Positions 19,610 to 30,323 are shown, numbered from the stretch's first letter. The stretch is 64,000 nt of DNA from Patescibacteria group bacterium (GCA_049322615.1 JBMORX010000001.1:6715-70714), one strand, 5' to 3'. Made by a program: numbers and translations. Notes: generated by a model from the letters alone, not told the origin.

Positions 19610-22600
19610 TCACTTTTCAACCTTTGCCCTCTCTGAAAGAACAGGAATGAGCCTACCAATAATCACATTTTCTTTAAGCCCCAAAAGCTTATCTTCTTTA
19701 CCTGAAACCGCCGCATCAGCTAAAACATTAGTCGTTTCCTGAAACGAGGCGGCTGAGAGCCAAGATTCGGTATTAATTGCCGTTCTGATTAGTCCCAGGA
19801 TAGCGATCTGGGCAGTCGCCGGCTTGCCACCTTCTTTTTTAACTTGGGCATTTTCTTCCTCAAGGCGAACTTTATCCACTAATTCCCCGGGAAGTAGGGT
19901 GGTGTCTCCAGAAGTAGTTACTCTTACCTTCTCGCTCATTTTCCTAACAATTACCTCAAAATGTTTATCGTGAATCGGGATTCCTTGAGACTCATAAACA
20001 CTTTGAACTTCAGAAATCAAATATTCTTGGGCAGTCTTAAGCCCGCGAACTTCCAATATTTCCCTAACATCCAAAGCTCCCGAAGCAAGTTGGGTGCCAG
20101 CGGAAACTAACTCGCCATCAGAAACCCAAAGAGTTGAAGTTAGGGGAACAAGATATTCTCTCTCCTCGGCTGGTTTTACGCCAACACTTTTAATCCTAAC
20201 TCTAAAACCCTCCTCAGTCTCGCTAACAGAAACTTTACCGGAAATTTCTGCCAAAGGCGAAAGGGTTTTAGGAATCCTTATCTCAAGTAATTCTTCAACC
20301 CGAGGAAGACCTTGGGTGACATCCAAGCCAACTACTCCCCCGGCATGTTTCGTTTTTAGAGTTAACTGGGTTCCTGGCTCACCAATTGATTGGGCAGCAA
20401 TTACCCCAACTGGCGTTCCCACCTCCACCATTTTTTTATTAGAAAAATCCCAACCATAACAGGTACTGCAGACTCCATAGCGAGTTTTACAAGTCAGGGG
20501 TGAACGAACCATAACTTTCTCAATCTTGTGATTCTCCAACAGAGAAATATTTTCCTCAGTTATTTCTTCGCCTTTCTTCAAAATTACTTTTTTGCTCTTT
20601 GGGTCTTTTAAGTCTCTGCCTAGAATCCGTCCCAAGACTCGAATCGAAAACATTTTTTCCCTTGGACCCTTTCTTCCAATCTCAATTCCCTCGTCTGTGC
20701 CACAATCTTTCTCCCGAACGAGACAATCGTGAGCGACATCAACCAGCCTCCGGGTTAAATAACCTGCATCTGAGGTTTTAATCGCCGTATCAGTTAGCCC
20801 CTTTCTTGAGCCCCGAGCCGAGGTAACGTATTCAAAAACCGACAAACCTTCTCTAAAGTTTGATTTTGTTGGCAAATCGACAATTCTTCCTAGGGGATCA
20901 ACCACTAACCCCCTCATGGCAGACAACTGCTTAATTTGATCTCGGGAGGCTTTTGTTCCTCCAGAATCAACTAAAAGTCTAACCGAAGAATCAGGAGGCA
21001 AGGCTTCCCAGGTTATATCAGCCACTCTTTCGGTTATCTCCATCCAAACTTCTCGAACTAGACGTTTTTTTTCTTCAACCGTAATTAAACCCTGTTTATA
21101 ATTTTCTTCAATCTCCGCCGCTCTTTTGTCTCCTTCTTTAATAATCTTTTCTTTTTCCGAAACCAAAACACAGTCAAAAAGGGAAACTGAAATAGCCGAA
21201 ATGGTGGCAAAATAGAATCCCACATCTTTAAGATTATCAATGAGAGTGGTAACTTCCTCACTTGAACAAATCTGGAGGGCTTTAGTAACAAGAGTCTTAA
21301 TCGTTCCATACTGGACCGTCTCATTAATAAACCGTAAGCCCAAAGGTAGTATCTCATTGAAAATAACTCTCCCAACAGTGGTCTCAATTAATTCTTTATC
21401 CATGGCAATCAAAACCATCTCCCGAAGCCCAATTTTTCCTGCTTGATAGGCAAAAACTGCCTCCTTGGTACTTAAGAAAACCTGTCTTTTCCCTTCCTCT
21501 TTTTGATTGCCGCCTACTGAAGTCAGATAATAAATTCCAACCACCATGTCTTTATTAGGAACGGCAATGGGTGATCCATCGGCTGGTTTAAGTAAATTTT
21601 TATCGGGCATCATCAGGGTTACTGCTTCTTCTTTTGCTTGGGAGGATAAAGGAACATGAACTGCCATTTGGTCTCCGTCGAAGTCAGCATTATAGCCAGC
21701 GCAAACGCAGGGGTGAATCTGGATAGCATTTCCCTCAATTAAAATTGGATAAAAGGCTTGAATCCCAAGTTTATGGAGAGTCGGTGCCCGGTTGAGTAAC
21801 ACCGGATGAGCACGAGTTATCTCTTCTAAAATATCAAAAACTTCAGGTGGACGGTGTTCAAGCATATTTTTCGCCGATCTTACATTTGGGGCAATTCCCC
21901 TTAAAATCATCTCCCGAAGAACATAGGGCTTAAACATCTCCAAAGCCATTTCTTTAGGTAATCCGCACTGAGTGAGTTTTAATTCCGGACCAACGACAAT
22001 AACACTTCTGCCTGAGTAGTCAACCCGTTTACCTAAAAGATTTTGTCTAAACCTTCCCTGTTTACCTCTCAACATATCAGAAAGAGATCGCAAGGGTTGG
22101 GTTAGCCTTCTCCTTTCTTTGGTCCCCCTGCTTGAGGAGTCGATTAGAGCGTCAACTGCCTCTTGAAGCATTCTTTTCTCATTCCGAAGGATAATTTCCG
22201 GAGCTCCCAAATCAATAAGATGCTTTAGTCTGTTGTTTCGATTTATAACCCGACGGTACAGATCATTTAAATCAGAAGTGGCAAATCTTCCACCCGAAAG
22301 CTGGACCATTGGGCGAAGATCCGGGGGAATAACTGGTAAAACCTTAAGTATCATCCAAGAGGGAGAAATTTCCGCCTTTTTCATTCCTTCGATAAGCCGA
22401 AGTCTCTTGGCTGCCTTAAGATGACGCTGTCCAGAAGTTCTAGCCACTTCTTCTCGAAGTTTGCCTACGAGAAAATTAAGGTCAAGATTTGAGATTGCCT
22501 CATCTAAGGCTTCTGCGCCCATCCCAACTTTGAAAAAAGAAGCGGCGTCGTATTGACCAAGTTTTAGGTATTCGTCTTCCGTTAATAAACTTAAATTTCG

Positions 22601-23317
22601 CAGTAGGCGAACTTTTTCAATCAAATTTTGATAAATTTCCCGGCACCTTCCCTCTTCTAAAATTTGCTCATCTCTGATATTTTGAATTTCTTGCTTAGCT
22701 TTTAAATCAAGCTCCCGAAGAGCAAGGGCGCAAGATTCCTTATTTTTAATTTTTTTCTGGGAATTCTTTTTTTCTTTTTCAGTCTCTTTTTTAACTTGTT
22801 TTTCCTTTTCCTCGGCTTCCTTCTTAATCTCCTTAAGTTTTCCTTCAAGTCCTTTTTCCAACCGTAAAACAGCCTCTTTCTTCCCTTTCTGATCAATTTC
22901 ACTGACAAGATATTGAGCAAAATAAACAACTTGTTCTAAAGCTCTTGGGGTTATGTCTAAAATTAAAGAAAGCTTAGAGGGAGCACCCTTGAAAAACCAA
23001 ACGTGAGCACAGGACGCGGCCAGGGTAATATGCCCCATCCTTTCTCTGCGAACGCGTGACTGGGTAACCTCAACTCCACATTTATCACAAATAATTCCTC
23101 GGTATCTTATTCTTTTATATTTTCCACAGTAGCATTCCCAATCTTTAGTTGGACCAAAAATTCTTTCGCAGAAAAGTCCATCTTTTTCTGGACGAAGAGT
23201 CCTGTAATTTATTGTCTCTGGTTTTGTCACCTCACCTTTTGACCACGATTTTATTTCCTCGGGTGAAGCGAGGGCAATTTTAAGTCCTGAAAAATCAATA
23301 ATATTTTTAAGTTCCAT
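19610..23317 (-). CDS. rpoC: RNA polymerase beta' subunit
   Basis: NADFDGDQMAVH, GLFCERIFGP, AAQSIGEPGTQLT. Confidence 0.99.
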   Translation of the reverse strand: MELKNIIDFSGLKIALASPEEIKSWSKGEVTKPETINYRTLRPEKDGLFCERIFGPTKDWECYCGKYKRIRYRGIICDKCGVEVTQSRVRRERMGHITLAASCAHVWFFKGAPSKLSLILDITPRALEQVVYFAQYLVSEIDQKGKKEAVLRLEKGLEGKLKEIKKEAEEKEKQVKKETEKEKKNSQKKIKNKESCALALRELDLKAKQEIQNIRDEQILEEGRCREIYQNLIEKVRLLRNLSLLTEDEYLKLGQYDAASFFKVGMGAEALDEAISNLDLNFLVGKLREEVARTSGQRHLKAAKRLRLIEGMKKAEISPSWMILKVLPVIPPDLRPMVQLSGGRFATSDLNDLYRRVINRNNRLKHLIDLGAPEIILRNEKRMLQEAVDALIDSSSRGTKERRRLTQPLRSLSDMLRGKQGRFRQNLLGKRVDYSGRSVIVVGPELKLTQCGLPKEMALEMFKPYVLREMILRGIAPNVRSAKNMLEHRPPEVFDILEEITRAHPVLLNRAPTLHKLGIQAFYPILIEGNAIQIHPCVCAGYNADFDGDQMAVHVPLSSQAKEEAVTLMMPDKNLLKPADGSPIAVPNKDMVVGIYYLTSVGGNQKEEGKRQVFLSTKEAVFAYQAGKIGLREMVLIAMDKELIETTVGRVIFNEILPLGLRFINETVQYGTIKTLVTKALQICSSEEVTTLIDNLKDVGFYFATISAISVSLFDCVLVSEKEKIIKEGDKRAAEIEENYKQGLITVEEKKRLVREVWMEITERVADITWEALPPDSSVRLLVDSGGTKASRDQIKQLSAMRGLVVDPLGRIVDLPTKSNFREGLSVFEYVTSARGSRKGLTDTAIKTSDAGYLTRRLVDVAHDCLVREKDCGTDEGIEIGRKGPREKMFSIRVLGRILGRDLKDPKSKKVILKKGEEITEENISLLENHKIEKVMVRSPLTCKTRYGVCSTCYGWDFSNKKMVEVGTPVGVIAAQSIGEPGTQLTLKTKHAGGVVGLDVTQGLPRVEELLEIRIPKTLSPLAEISGKVSVSETEEGFRVRIKSVGVKPAEEREYLVPLTSTLWVSDGELVSAGTQLASGALDVREILEVRGLKTAQEYLISEVQSVYESQGIPIHDKHFEVIVRKMSEKVRVTTSGDTTLLPGELVDKVRLEEENAQVKKEGGKPATAQIAILGLIRTAINTESWLSAASFQETTNVLADAAVSGKEDKLLGLKENVIIGRLIPVLSERAKVEK

Positions 23318-26300
23318 TTCCAGTTTTTACTATTTCTACCTCCTCAGGCATTTCAACTGTTTCCAGTCCTTTCCCTTCAGCAATAATTTCTGCTCCAGCT
23401 GCTTGAGCTAATTCCTCTGCCTCTTTTAATGTTTTCTCCTCCTCGGGTTTCTCTTCTACTTTAGCCTCAACTACTCCGGTTGAGATAACTGATAGAGAAA
23501 GACTTGCCAACTCTTTGACCAAGACTTTAAATGACTCCGGAATGCTTGCTTGGGGAATATCCGTACCCTTAACAATCGCCTCAAAAGCCCTTCCTCTGCC
23601 AATGACATCATCTGACTTTATGGTCAACATTTCCTGGAGAGTATAGGCAGCCCGATGAGACTCTAGGGCCCAAACTTCCATTTCTCCTAATCTTTGTCCA
23701 CCCATTTGGGCTTTTCCCCCAAGGGGCTGCTGGGTCACCAGTGAATAAGGACCGGTTGAGCGAGCATGGGTTTTGTCCTCAACCATATGAATTAGTTTCA
23801 TAATATAAGCGATTCCAACCACTACTTTTTGATCAAGGGGCTCGCCTGTTTTACCGTCAAAAAGAATTGTTTTTCCATCAATTGGCAAACCGGCATTTTT
23901 AAGTTCCTGAATAATTTTTTCCTCGGAAATCTTTTCAAAGACAGGGATGGCAAATGATTTTCCTTGTTTTTGAGCGGCAATGCCTAGATGCGCTTCAAGT
24001 AATTGTCCCAGGTTCATTCTTGCCAAGACGGAAAGAGGAGAAATAATGATGTCAACCGGAGTTCCGTCTGGAAGATAAGGCATATCAGCCTGGGGAATAA
24101 TTTTTGAAATCACTCCTTTATTGCCATGGCGTCCAGCCAGTTTATCGCCGACAACGACCTTCCTTATTTGGGCGACTTTAACAATTACCTTTTTATTAGC
24201 TCCTGGTTCAAGCTCGTCTCCCTTTTCTTTGTCCAAAATGGAAACATCAATGACAATTCCTCTCTCGCCGTGGGGCATCCTAAGTGAAGTATCCCGAACT
24301 TCCCGAGCTTTTTCTCCAAAAATTGCCCGCAGAAGCCTTTCTTCAGCCGTTAACTCTGTTTCTCCTTTGGGAGCAATTTTACCCACCAGAATGTCGTTTG
24401 GACCAACCTCTGAACCGACAACCACAATTCCATCAGAGGCAAGGTGAGCCAGATCCTGTTCAGCCACATTGGGAATATCCCGAGTCAGCTCTTCTGGTCC
24501 AAGCTTAGTATCAACCACTAATGCTTCGTGTTCTTCAATTGTAATTGAGGTCAAAATATCTTCGCGAACAAGTCTCTCGGAAATAACCACTGCATCCTCA
24601 TAACCTAAACCCTCAAAAGAACAATAAGCAATAAGTAAATTCTGACCAAGAGCAATCTCGCCGTTGTCTATAGCTGGACCATCAGCCAGAAGATCTCCCT
24701 TTTTAACATTTTCGCCAACGGAAACTTTTGGTCTTTGGGAATAACAAGTTGAGCCAGGATTTGTCCGGACAAATTTGGTCAAAAAATAAATTTCGTTCCC
24801 TCCCTCAATCTTAATATTTTCTTCAAGATTTTCCTCATTTTTTGGCTTCTGGTTAAGCCTAACAATGATTTTTTCTCCATCAACGAAAATAATCTTTCCG
24901 TCGTGTCGAGCCCGAACCATTCTTCCCATTGCCCCAGCAACCAGGAACTCCATTCCTGTCCCCACCGTTGGAGCTTTGGGTTTAACTAAAGGTACTGCCT
25001 GACATTGCATAATAGTTCCCATTAAAGCTCGGTTTGCTTCATCGTGAGAAAGGAAGGGAATCAAAGAGGCAGAGGTACCAACAATTTGTCTTGGCAAAAG
25101 ATCAATAAAAGAAACAAGTTCTGCCGGTCCTTCTAAAAATTCACCCTTATACCTTACTGGAACCCAGGGATCGGAGATAAAACCATCTTTATCAATGGCA
25201 ACCCCCGCGTGGGTAATATAATATTCTTCTTCGTCATCTGCTTGAAGATAGATAACCTCATCAGTAACCCGCATTCTAGTTTTGCCACCAATTGTTACTT
25301 TCTCCACTTTTCTATACGGTGTTTCCAAAAATCCATATTCATTAATCCGAGCATACAAAGCCATATAAGTGATAAGTCCGATATTCGGTCCTTCAGGCGA
25401 ACGAATCGGACATATTCGACCATACTGGGAGGAATTTATATCTCGAATTGAAAATGAAGCTCTCTCTCTGGTTATTCCTCCTGGACCCATCACCGAAAGT
25501 CTTCTTAAATTATCTATCTCAGATAGGGGATTTGTTTGGTCTAAAATTGTTGAAAGTTGATTTGAACGATAAAATTCATTGATTGAAGAGATAATCGGTC
25601 TAGCGTTAACTAGCATCATGGGGGTCACCTGTTCCTCGGTTCCCACCAAACTCATTTTTTCTCTAACTGCCCTCTCTAGCCGCAAAAGTCCGGGTCTAAA
25701 GGCAGCTTGACAGACTAATTCTCCAACCCGTTTGACCCGACGATTTGCCAAGTGATCAATATCATCAGTCCAACCTTCTCCGCTTTGTAAGCTCATAAGA
25801 TAAGAAGTGGTTGCTAAAACATCCTCGGGTTTTAAAACCCAGTTTTCTTGAGTGTTAGGAATAGATAAGCCGAGGCGTTTATTCAGTTTATAGCGACCAA
25901 CCCGACCTAAATCATACCTTCGGGGATTAAAAAACATATTAAAGATGAGCTCCTGAGCATTTTCCAAAATGGCTGGCTCACCTGGTCGCATTTTTCGATA
26001 AAGTTCGATTAAAGCTTCTTCTCGAGTTTTGCTGGGATCTCGCTCCAGGGTGGCGGTAATAAACGCCCCAAAAGGCTGCTCCTTTTTGGCAAAACGGGAA
26101 AGAATTTCTTCATCAGAACCTATCCCTATCGCCCGCAAGAGGGTGGTAACGGCAAATTTTCTTTTTCTGTCAATTCGAACCGAAATAACATCATTTCGGT
26201 TGACAAAGAATTCAAGCCAAGAACCACGAATGGGTCTAATCTCAGCCATGTAGAGCATTCGCCCGGTAACCGGATCTATATCACCAGTAAAATAAACTCC

Positions 26301-26714
26301 AGGTGAACGAACAATCTGATTGACAACTGCTCTATCAATTCCATTAATAACAAAGGTGCTCTCGGTCGTCATTTGGGGAATATCGCCAAGAAAAACTTCT
26401 TGGGTTGTTTTCTTTCCGGTCTGTTTATTAATCAGGGTTGCCTGAACTTTTAGGGGAACATCGTAGGTTAGACCCTTAATCCTTGCTTCACTTGGGGTTC
26501 TTGAGGGCTTACCAAAGGAGTGTTTACCAAATTCCAAAATCCAGTTTTTACCGGTAAAATCCTCAATTGGAGAGATTTCCGCTAAAACTTGGGCAATTCC
26601 TTCTTCTAAAAACCATTGCCAGGACTCTCGCTGGACGTAAGATAAGTCAAGCAATGGTAAGTTGGGGTAGGTTTTACCCCAAAAAAGCCGAGGAGGGGTC
26701 TTTTTATTTGGCAT
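23307..26714 (-). CDS. rpoB: RNA polymerase beta subunit
   Basis: GDKLAGRHGNKG, GGQRLGEMEVWA, SPEGPNIGLI. Confidence 0.99.
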   Translation of the reverse strand: MPNKKTPPRLFWGKTYPNLPLLDLSYVQRESWQWFLEEGIAQVLAEISPIEDFTGKNWILEFGKHSFGKPSRTPSEARIKGLTYDVPLKVQATLINKQTGKKTTQEVFLGDIPQMTTESTFVINGIDRAVVNQIVRSPGVYFTGDIDPVTGRMLYMAEIRPIRGSWLEFFVNRNDVISVRIDRKRKFAVTTLLRAIGIGSDEEILSRFAKKEQPFGAFITATLERDPSKTREEALIELYRKMRPGEPAILENAQELIFNMFFNPRRYDLGRVGRYKLNKRLGLSIPNTQENWVLKPEDVLATTSYLMSLQSGEGWTDDIDHLANRRVKRVGELVCQAAFRPGLLRLERAVREKMSLVGTEEQVTPMMLVNARPIISSINEFYRSNQLSTILDQTNPLSEIDNLRRLSVMGPGGITRERASFSIRDINSSQYGRICPIRSPEGPNIGLITYMALYARINEYGFLETPYRKVEKVTIGGKTRMRVTDEVIYLQADDEEEYYITHAGVAIDKDGFISDPWVPVRYKGEFLEGPAELVSFIDLLPRQIVGTSASLIPFLSHDEANRALMGTIMQCQAVPLVKPKAPTVGTGMEFLVAGAMGRMVRARHDGKIIFVDGEKIIVRLNQKPKNEENLEENIKIEGGNEIYFLTKFVRTNPGSTCYSQRPKVSVGENVKKGDLLADGPAIDNGEIALGQNLLIAYCSFEGLGYEDAVVISERLVREDILTSITIEEHEALVVDTKLGPEELTRDIPNVAEQDLAHLASDGIVVVGSEVGPNDILVGKIAPKGETELTAEERLLRAIFGEKAREVRDTSLRMPHGERGIVIDVSILDKEKGDELEPGANKKVIVKVAQIRKVVVGDKLAGRHGNKGVISKIIPQADMPYLPDGTPVDIIISPLSVLARMNLGQLLEAHLGIAAQKQGKSFAIPVFEKISEEKIIQELKNAGLPIDGKTILFDGKTGEPLDQKVVVGIAYIMKLIHMVEDKTHARSTGPYSLVTQQPLGGKAQMGGQRLGEMEVWALESHRAAYTLQEMLTIKSDDVIGRGRAFEAIVKGTDIPQASIPESFKVLVKELASLSLSVISTGVVEAKVEEKPEEEKTLKEAEELAQAAGAEIIAEGKGLETVEMPEEVEIVKTGNGT

Positions 26715-26808
26715 TATTTTTTGAACGACAAAAATTGGCGTATGCCATAATACGCCTATCAGAAAATAGACTTATACTATAAATAACATATTTTTTTCTT
26801 TTTGTCAA

Positions 26809-26912
26809 GCCCTGAACCAGAATGAAATTCGGTTCAGGGCGCAGACCCCGTATACTCGCCCCTCGGAGGCGAGGACGTAGACCTCGCGACGAGGTAAGAG
26901 TTATACGGGGTC
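26809..26912. repeat. Composite palindromic element between divergent promoters
   Basis: gccctgaacc...ggttcagggc hairpin, then gaccccgtata...tatacggggtc enclosing two inner hairpins. Confidence 0.75.
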
Positions 26913-26970
26913 AAGGGGTAAATTTCTTTCTTCTTGACAGCATTCCGAAAATCGATTAGTATTAAAAAAG

Positions 26971-27531
26971 ATGAAAAAAATAATTCTCGTTTTTCTTTTG
27001 GGATTTTTGCTTTTCCCCTCTTATGTTTTAGCCAAACCTCCTTCTTGGACAACTCCACCTAATAAACCAGAAGTCACAAGACCAGTTATTACCAGGGTGC
27101 CTCTCCCAACCAAAAAGGCAGAAATAAAAGCAAGACTTACGGAGAAACGTCAACAATTTATTCGTCAGTTTTTTAATCAAATGGTCAAACGGCTTGAGGC
27201 GGCGATTGCCCGATTAGAAAAGTTAATCTCCAGAATTGAATCAAGACTGGCAAAACTTGAAAGCCAGGGCGAAGATGTCTCAAAAATTAAAACCGAGGTT
27301 GCCGATGCCAAAACAAAACTCGCCAAAGCAAAGGCTGATTTGGAAAAAGCTAAGAATAAACTGGAAACAGTTCTTGCAAGCGATGATCCCAAGGCTGCTT
27401 TTGGGGAAGTTCGAACTTTAATCAAGGGGGTTAAAAGCCAACTAATTGAGGTTCACCGAATTCTAGTTCATGTCATTGGCGATATTAAAGGCTTAAGAGT
27501 CGGTCAGATTACGCCTACACCAACAATATGA
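26971..27531 (+). CDS. Secreted coiled-coil hypothetical protein
   Basis: Signal peptide, Pro/Thr-rich ends, heptad repeats; TTGACA-17-TAGTAT upstream. Confidence 0.8.
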   Translation: MKKIILVFLLGFLLFPSYVLAKPPSWTTPPNKPEVTRPVITRVPLPTKKAEIKARLTEKRQQFIRQFFNQMVKRLEAAIARLEKLISRIESRLAKLESQGEDVSKIKTEVADAKTKLAKAKADLEKAKNKLETVLASDDPKAAFGEVRTLIKGVKSQLIEVHRILVHVIGDIKGLRVGQITPTPTI

Positions 27532-27773
27532 AACTGAAAAAAGAAAACTCATTTTTAATTTTACTGGCAGCGGCTATCCTTTTAATAGGGATGGTGGGAA
27601 TTTATCTTAGCAAAAAACCACCAGCTCGAGTTAAAGACACCCAAACCCAAAAACTTCAAATCCAACAAAAATCTGATGAAACCTCCTCAATCGAGCAAGA
27701 TCTAAAGGCAACCGATTTCTCCGGACTTGACAAGGAGCTTGAAGATATCGAAGCCGAACTCTCGGGAATTTAA
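27528..27773 (+). CDS. Small single-TM protein with acidic tail
   Basis: ATGA overlap with upstream gene; N-terminal TM helix. Confidence 0.75.
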   Translation: MKLKKENSFLILLAAAILLIGMVGIYLSKKPPARVKDTQTQKLQIQQKSDETSSIEQDLKATDFSGLDKELEDIEAELSGI

Positions 27774-27781
27774 CCTCACCA

Positions 27782-28150
27782 ATGGAAAATAATTCTCTAA
27801 TCTCTTCTTTTGGTTTTGCTTTCTCGGGAATTTGGCAGGCAGTCAAAAGAGAAAGAAACTTAAAAATTCACCTCTTGGCGGCAATCCTGGTAATCTTGGC
27901 GGGAATTTATTTCAAGATTTCCAGACTTGAGTGGCTGGTATTGGTCTTGACTATTTCTTTGGTTTTGACTGCCGAGATTTTTAACTCGGCCATCGAGGAG
28001 ATCTGCAACCTCTTAAAAGAGAAACTAAGTCTGGATTACGGCAAGACAACCCTTATTCGCAATCTTTCTGCGGGAGCAGTTCTAATTTTGGCTATTGGTT
28101 CGGTAATTTTAGGCTTAATTATTTTTCTTCCCCATCTACTTTCCCGCTAA
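27782..28150 (+). CDS. dgkA: Diacylglycerol/undecaprenol kinase (DgkA family)
   Basis: SFGFAFSGI..ERNLKIH, AEIFNSAIEEI, SAGAVL. Confidence 0.9.
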   Translation: MENNSLISSFGFAFSGIWQAVKRERNLKIHLLAAILVILAGIYFKISRLEWLVLVLTISLVLTAEIFNSAIEEICNLLKEKLSLDYGKTTLIRNLSAGAVLILAIGSVILGLIIFLPHLLSR

Positions 28151-28465
28151 TTTCCTCACTAATTTTATTTGCCAGAGGAAAAATATCCCAGCCAAAATAG
28201 AGATTGCCCCCCAAATTAAAAACCCTAAATAACCTTTTGGATAAATAATTGAGTCTAAGAAAGCAAGAATTGCCAAACCTGTCGGCGATAAACCAGTTTC
28301 TAAAAGACCGAAGAAGGAAATTTTGTAAAACAAGGGGTGGAAAATCAGAAAAATTCCAAAAATCAAAAAACTACCTCCCAGAGCCGCCTTTACATAACAT
28401 AAAAACTCATACCAAAGATTTGGATATGGGTCAGAAAGTTTTAAAATTTTCCCTAACTTCCCCAT
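28136..28465 (-). CDS. Hypothetical membrane protein
   Basis: 109 aa with 2-3 hydrophobic segments. Confidence 0.6.
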   Translation of the reverse strand: MGKLGKILKLSDPYPNLWYEFLCYVKAALGGSFLIFGIFLIFHPLFYKISFFGLLETGLSPTGLAILAFLDSIIYPKGYLGFLIWGAISILAGIFFLWQIKLVRKLAGK

Positions 28466-28470
28466 TTTCT

Positions 28471-29412
28471 CTATTTTACCACAAGCAAGAAATTTTTCGC
28501 GATTTTTGCTAAATCCCGCAAAAAGATTCTGACCGTAACCGGCCCAATTCCTCTAAATTCTAAAAGTTTTTTCTCTAACTCCCTTTGATTTTTTGATTGA
28601 CGAAGAAGGTTAGTCAGACTCTCATATTTAGTTTTAAGTTCTTGACAAATCTCTAAAAGTTTGGTGGCGGTCGAGAAATCGTATCTCACATAGTGCCCTC
28701 TATCCAAAACCTCAACTAATTTATCCCAACCGGCTTCTAAAATTTTTTCAGGAGTAAGCAGGTCTTCTTTTTGAAACTCAAAATAAGTTCTTTTAGCCAC
28801 CTCTTGCTGGATGGGCTTACCAAATAAAAGACAGGCTAAAAACCACTTAAAAATTTCCTTTTCCTTGCCCGATTTTAAATCAATACCCAACTGGTAAGAA
28901 TAAATTTTCTTTTTCCGAGGGGAAGCCTTCCGCAAACGAGATGAGGTTTTAATTAAAACATAGCGGGCTAAAGTTTCGGCGGCGATTGTCTGAAAAGAAA
29001 CCTTTTTGTTTTTATAAATCGCATGTCTTCGAGGCAACCAAGTTTTATGTGTTTTCCATAAAAGCACTAGCTGTTCTTCTGATAAATTTGCTTTAACCCA
29101 TTTTCTTGCAGACTTTCTAAGTTTATCAAATTTGTTATTAAATTCACTCAAAATTTGCTTTTCTGTCCTTAGTTGAGGATTAAGATATTTTTCTTTTATC
29201 TTTAACAAATTTATTGATTTTTCTTCCAAAAGAAGGTTAATTAACAGTTTAAATAATTGAAGTGGCGCTGTTTCTGGTAATTGATGAGAAATTAGATGGC
29301 GAAATTCTCTTAGATTTTCTGGAACCCTCCGATGATTAGGTAATCCCCGAAGTTTCAAGGCCATTTCCTTCTCGAATTGTTCTTTAATTTCTTTCCAATT
29401 TATCTTTCTCAC
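28471..29412 (-). CDS. Unknown N-terminal domain fused to an HhH-GPD-like DNA glycosylase domain
   Basis: FKWFLACLLFGKPI...LLEFRGIGPVTVRIFLR HhH motif in the C-terminal half. Confidence 0.75.
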   Translation of the reverse strand: MRKINWKEIKEQFEKEMALKLRGLPNHRRVPENLREFRHLISHQLPETAPLQLFKLLINLLLEEKSINLLKIKEKYLNPQLRTEKQILSEFNNKFDKLRKSARKWVKANLSEEQLVLLWKTHKTWLPRRHAIYKNKKVSFQTIAAETLARYVLIKTSSRLRKASPRKKKIYSYQLGIDLKSGKEKEIFKWFLACLLFGKPIQQEVAKRTYFEFQKEDLLTPEKILEAGWDKLVEVLDRGHYVRYDFSTATKLLEICQELKTKYESLTNLLRQSKNQRELEKKLLEFRGIGPVTVRIFLRDLAKIAKNFLLVVK

Positions 29413-29519
29413 AATTTCATTTTAGCAAATCCAGGAAGAAACTTTATTATAGAACAGAGCGGGTATCCTTATTCCAATATTCTCAAGAGTTCGAGAATGT
29501 TTTTGAGAATGTTTGGAGA

Positions 29520-29547
29520 ATATATCATATATCGATATATGATATAT
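29520..29547. repeat. Perfect 28-bp palindrome
   Basis: atatatcatatatc|gatatatgatatat. Confidence 0.85.
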
Positions 29548-29630
29548 GAATTCGTTCGTAAGGGATTCAGAGCAAAACAAATTTCGATTAAGATGGGTGA
29601 TTTTAGGAAAGACCGGCCACGCGGGGCTGT

Positions 29631-29650
29631 CCCACCCCGAGGTGGAAAAA
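29631..29650. repeat. Isolated CCACCyCGAGGTGG palindrome, same family as the 57-62 kb repeats
   Basis: cccaccccgaggtggaaaaa. Confidence 0.7.
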
Positions 29651-29657
29651 CGTAAAT

Positions 29658-30268
29658 TTAAGTTCTCGATTTATCGGAATCTGGTGTCAATAAATTTGAT
29701 ATCTTTAAAACTTTACCTATTAATTTAGAATCTTTGTTGATAAAATTCTTCATTTGATAGATCCTCTTGTCGGTATAGCTAACTTGAAGCCAAAGAATCA
29801 TCTCCAGAGAAAGTAAATCTTTATTGGAATCTTTTAGAAAAGTCCTTTGTCTAAAATCTCTTATTACTTTCCCATTATAAGCTACAGCACCGATGACGTT
29901 ATGGACAAAATTGGTCCAATTTAATTGAGGATGATTAGAGGTAAAAGCAACCACCCATGAATGCTCGTGACCGGAATCGTAGTCTTCAAATTGTTTTTTA
30001 GCAGTATGCAAAAACCTTCTAAGTTTGTAAAAGGTGGTATCCCAGTGATACATTCTTGTAACCGGATTAAGTTTATGCTCGGGAGTTTTGACTTCGCAAT
30101 AAAAAATTAAGTTGTTTTTATTTGATACCATAAAGTCTGGAGATTTTTTACCTGGCGGCAATTTTTTAGTTTTAATTTCCTTACAATCAAATCCGTGTTT
30201 TTCAAGGTAGTTTTTTACTAACGTGCGGCCTCAAATTCAGTTAAAGGTTTGATACTCGCCCAATCCAT
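29658..30268 (-). pseudogene. PD-(D/E)xK-like protein with an apparent 1-bp frameshift near 30225
   Basis: SPDF...YCEVK motif; upstream MDWASIKPLTEFE joins LVKNYLEKHGF if one G is added in GAGG. Confidence 0.55.
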
Positions 30269-30323
30269 GTATTTTTAAACTGATTCTCCTTTCTCTGTTT
30301 TATTTTGCTGATATCTTCTAACA

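Noticed and set aside
26809-26912. tRNA gene
   Set aside because: Branched fold but no TTC T-loop, anticodon arm or acceptor stem geometry.
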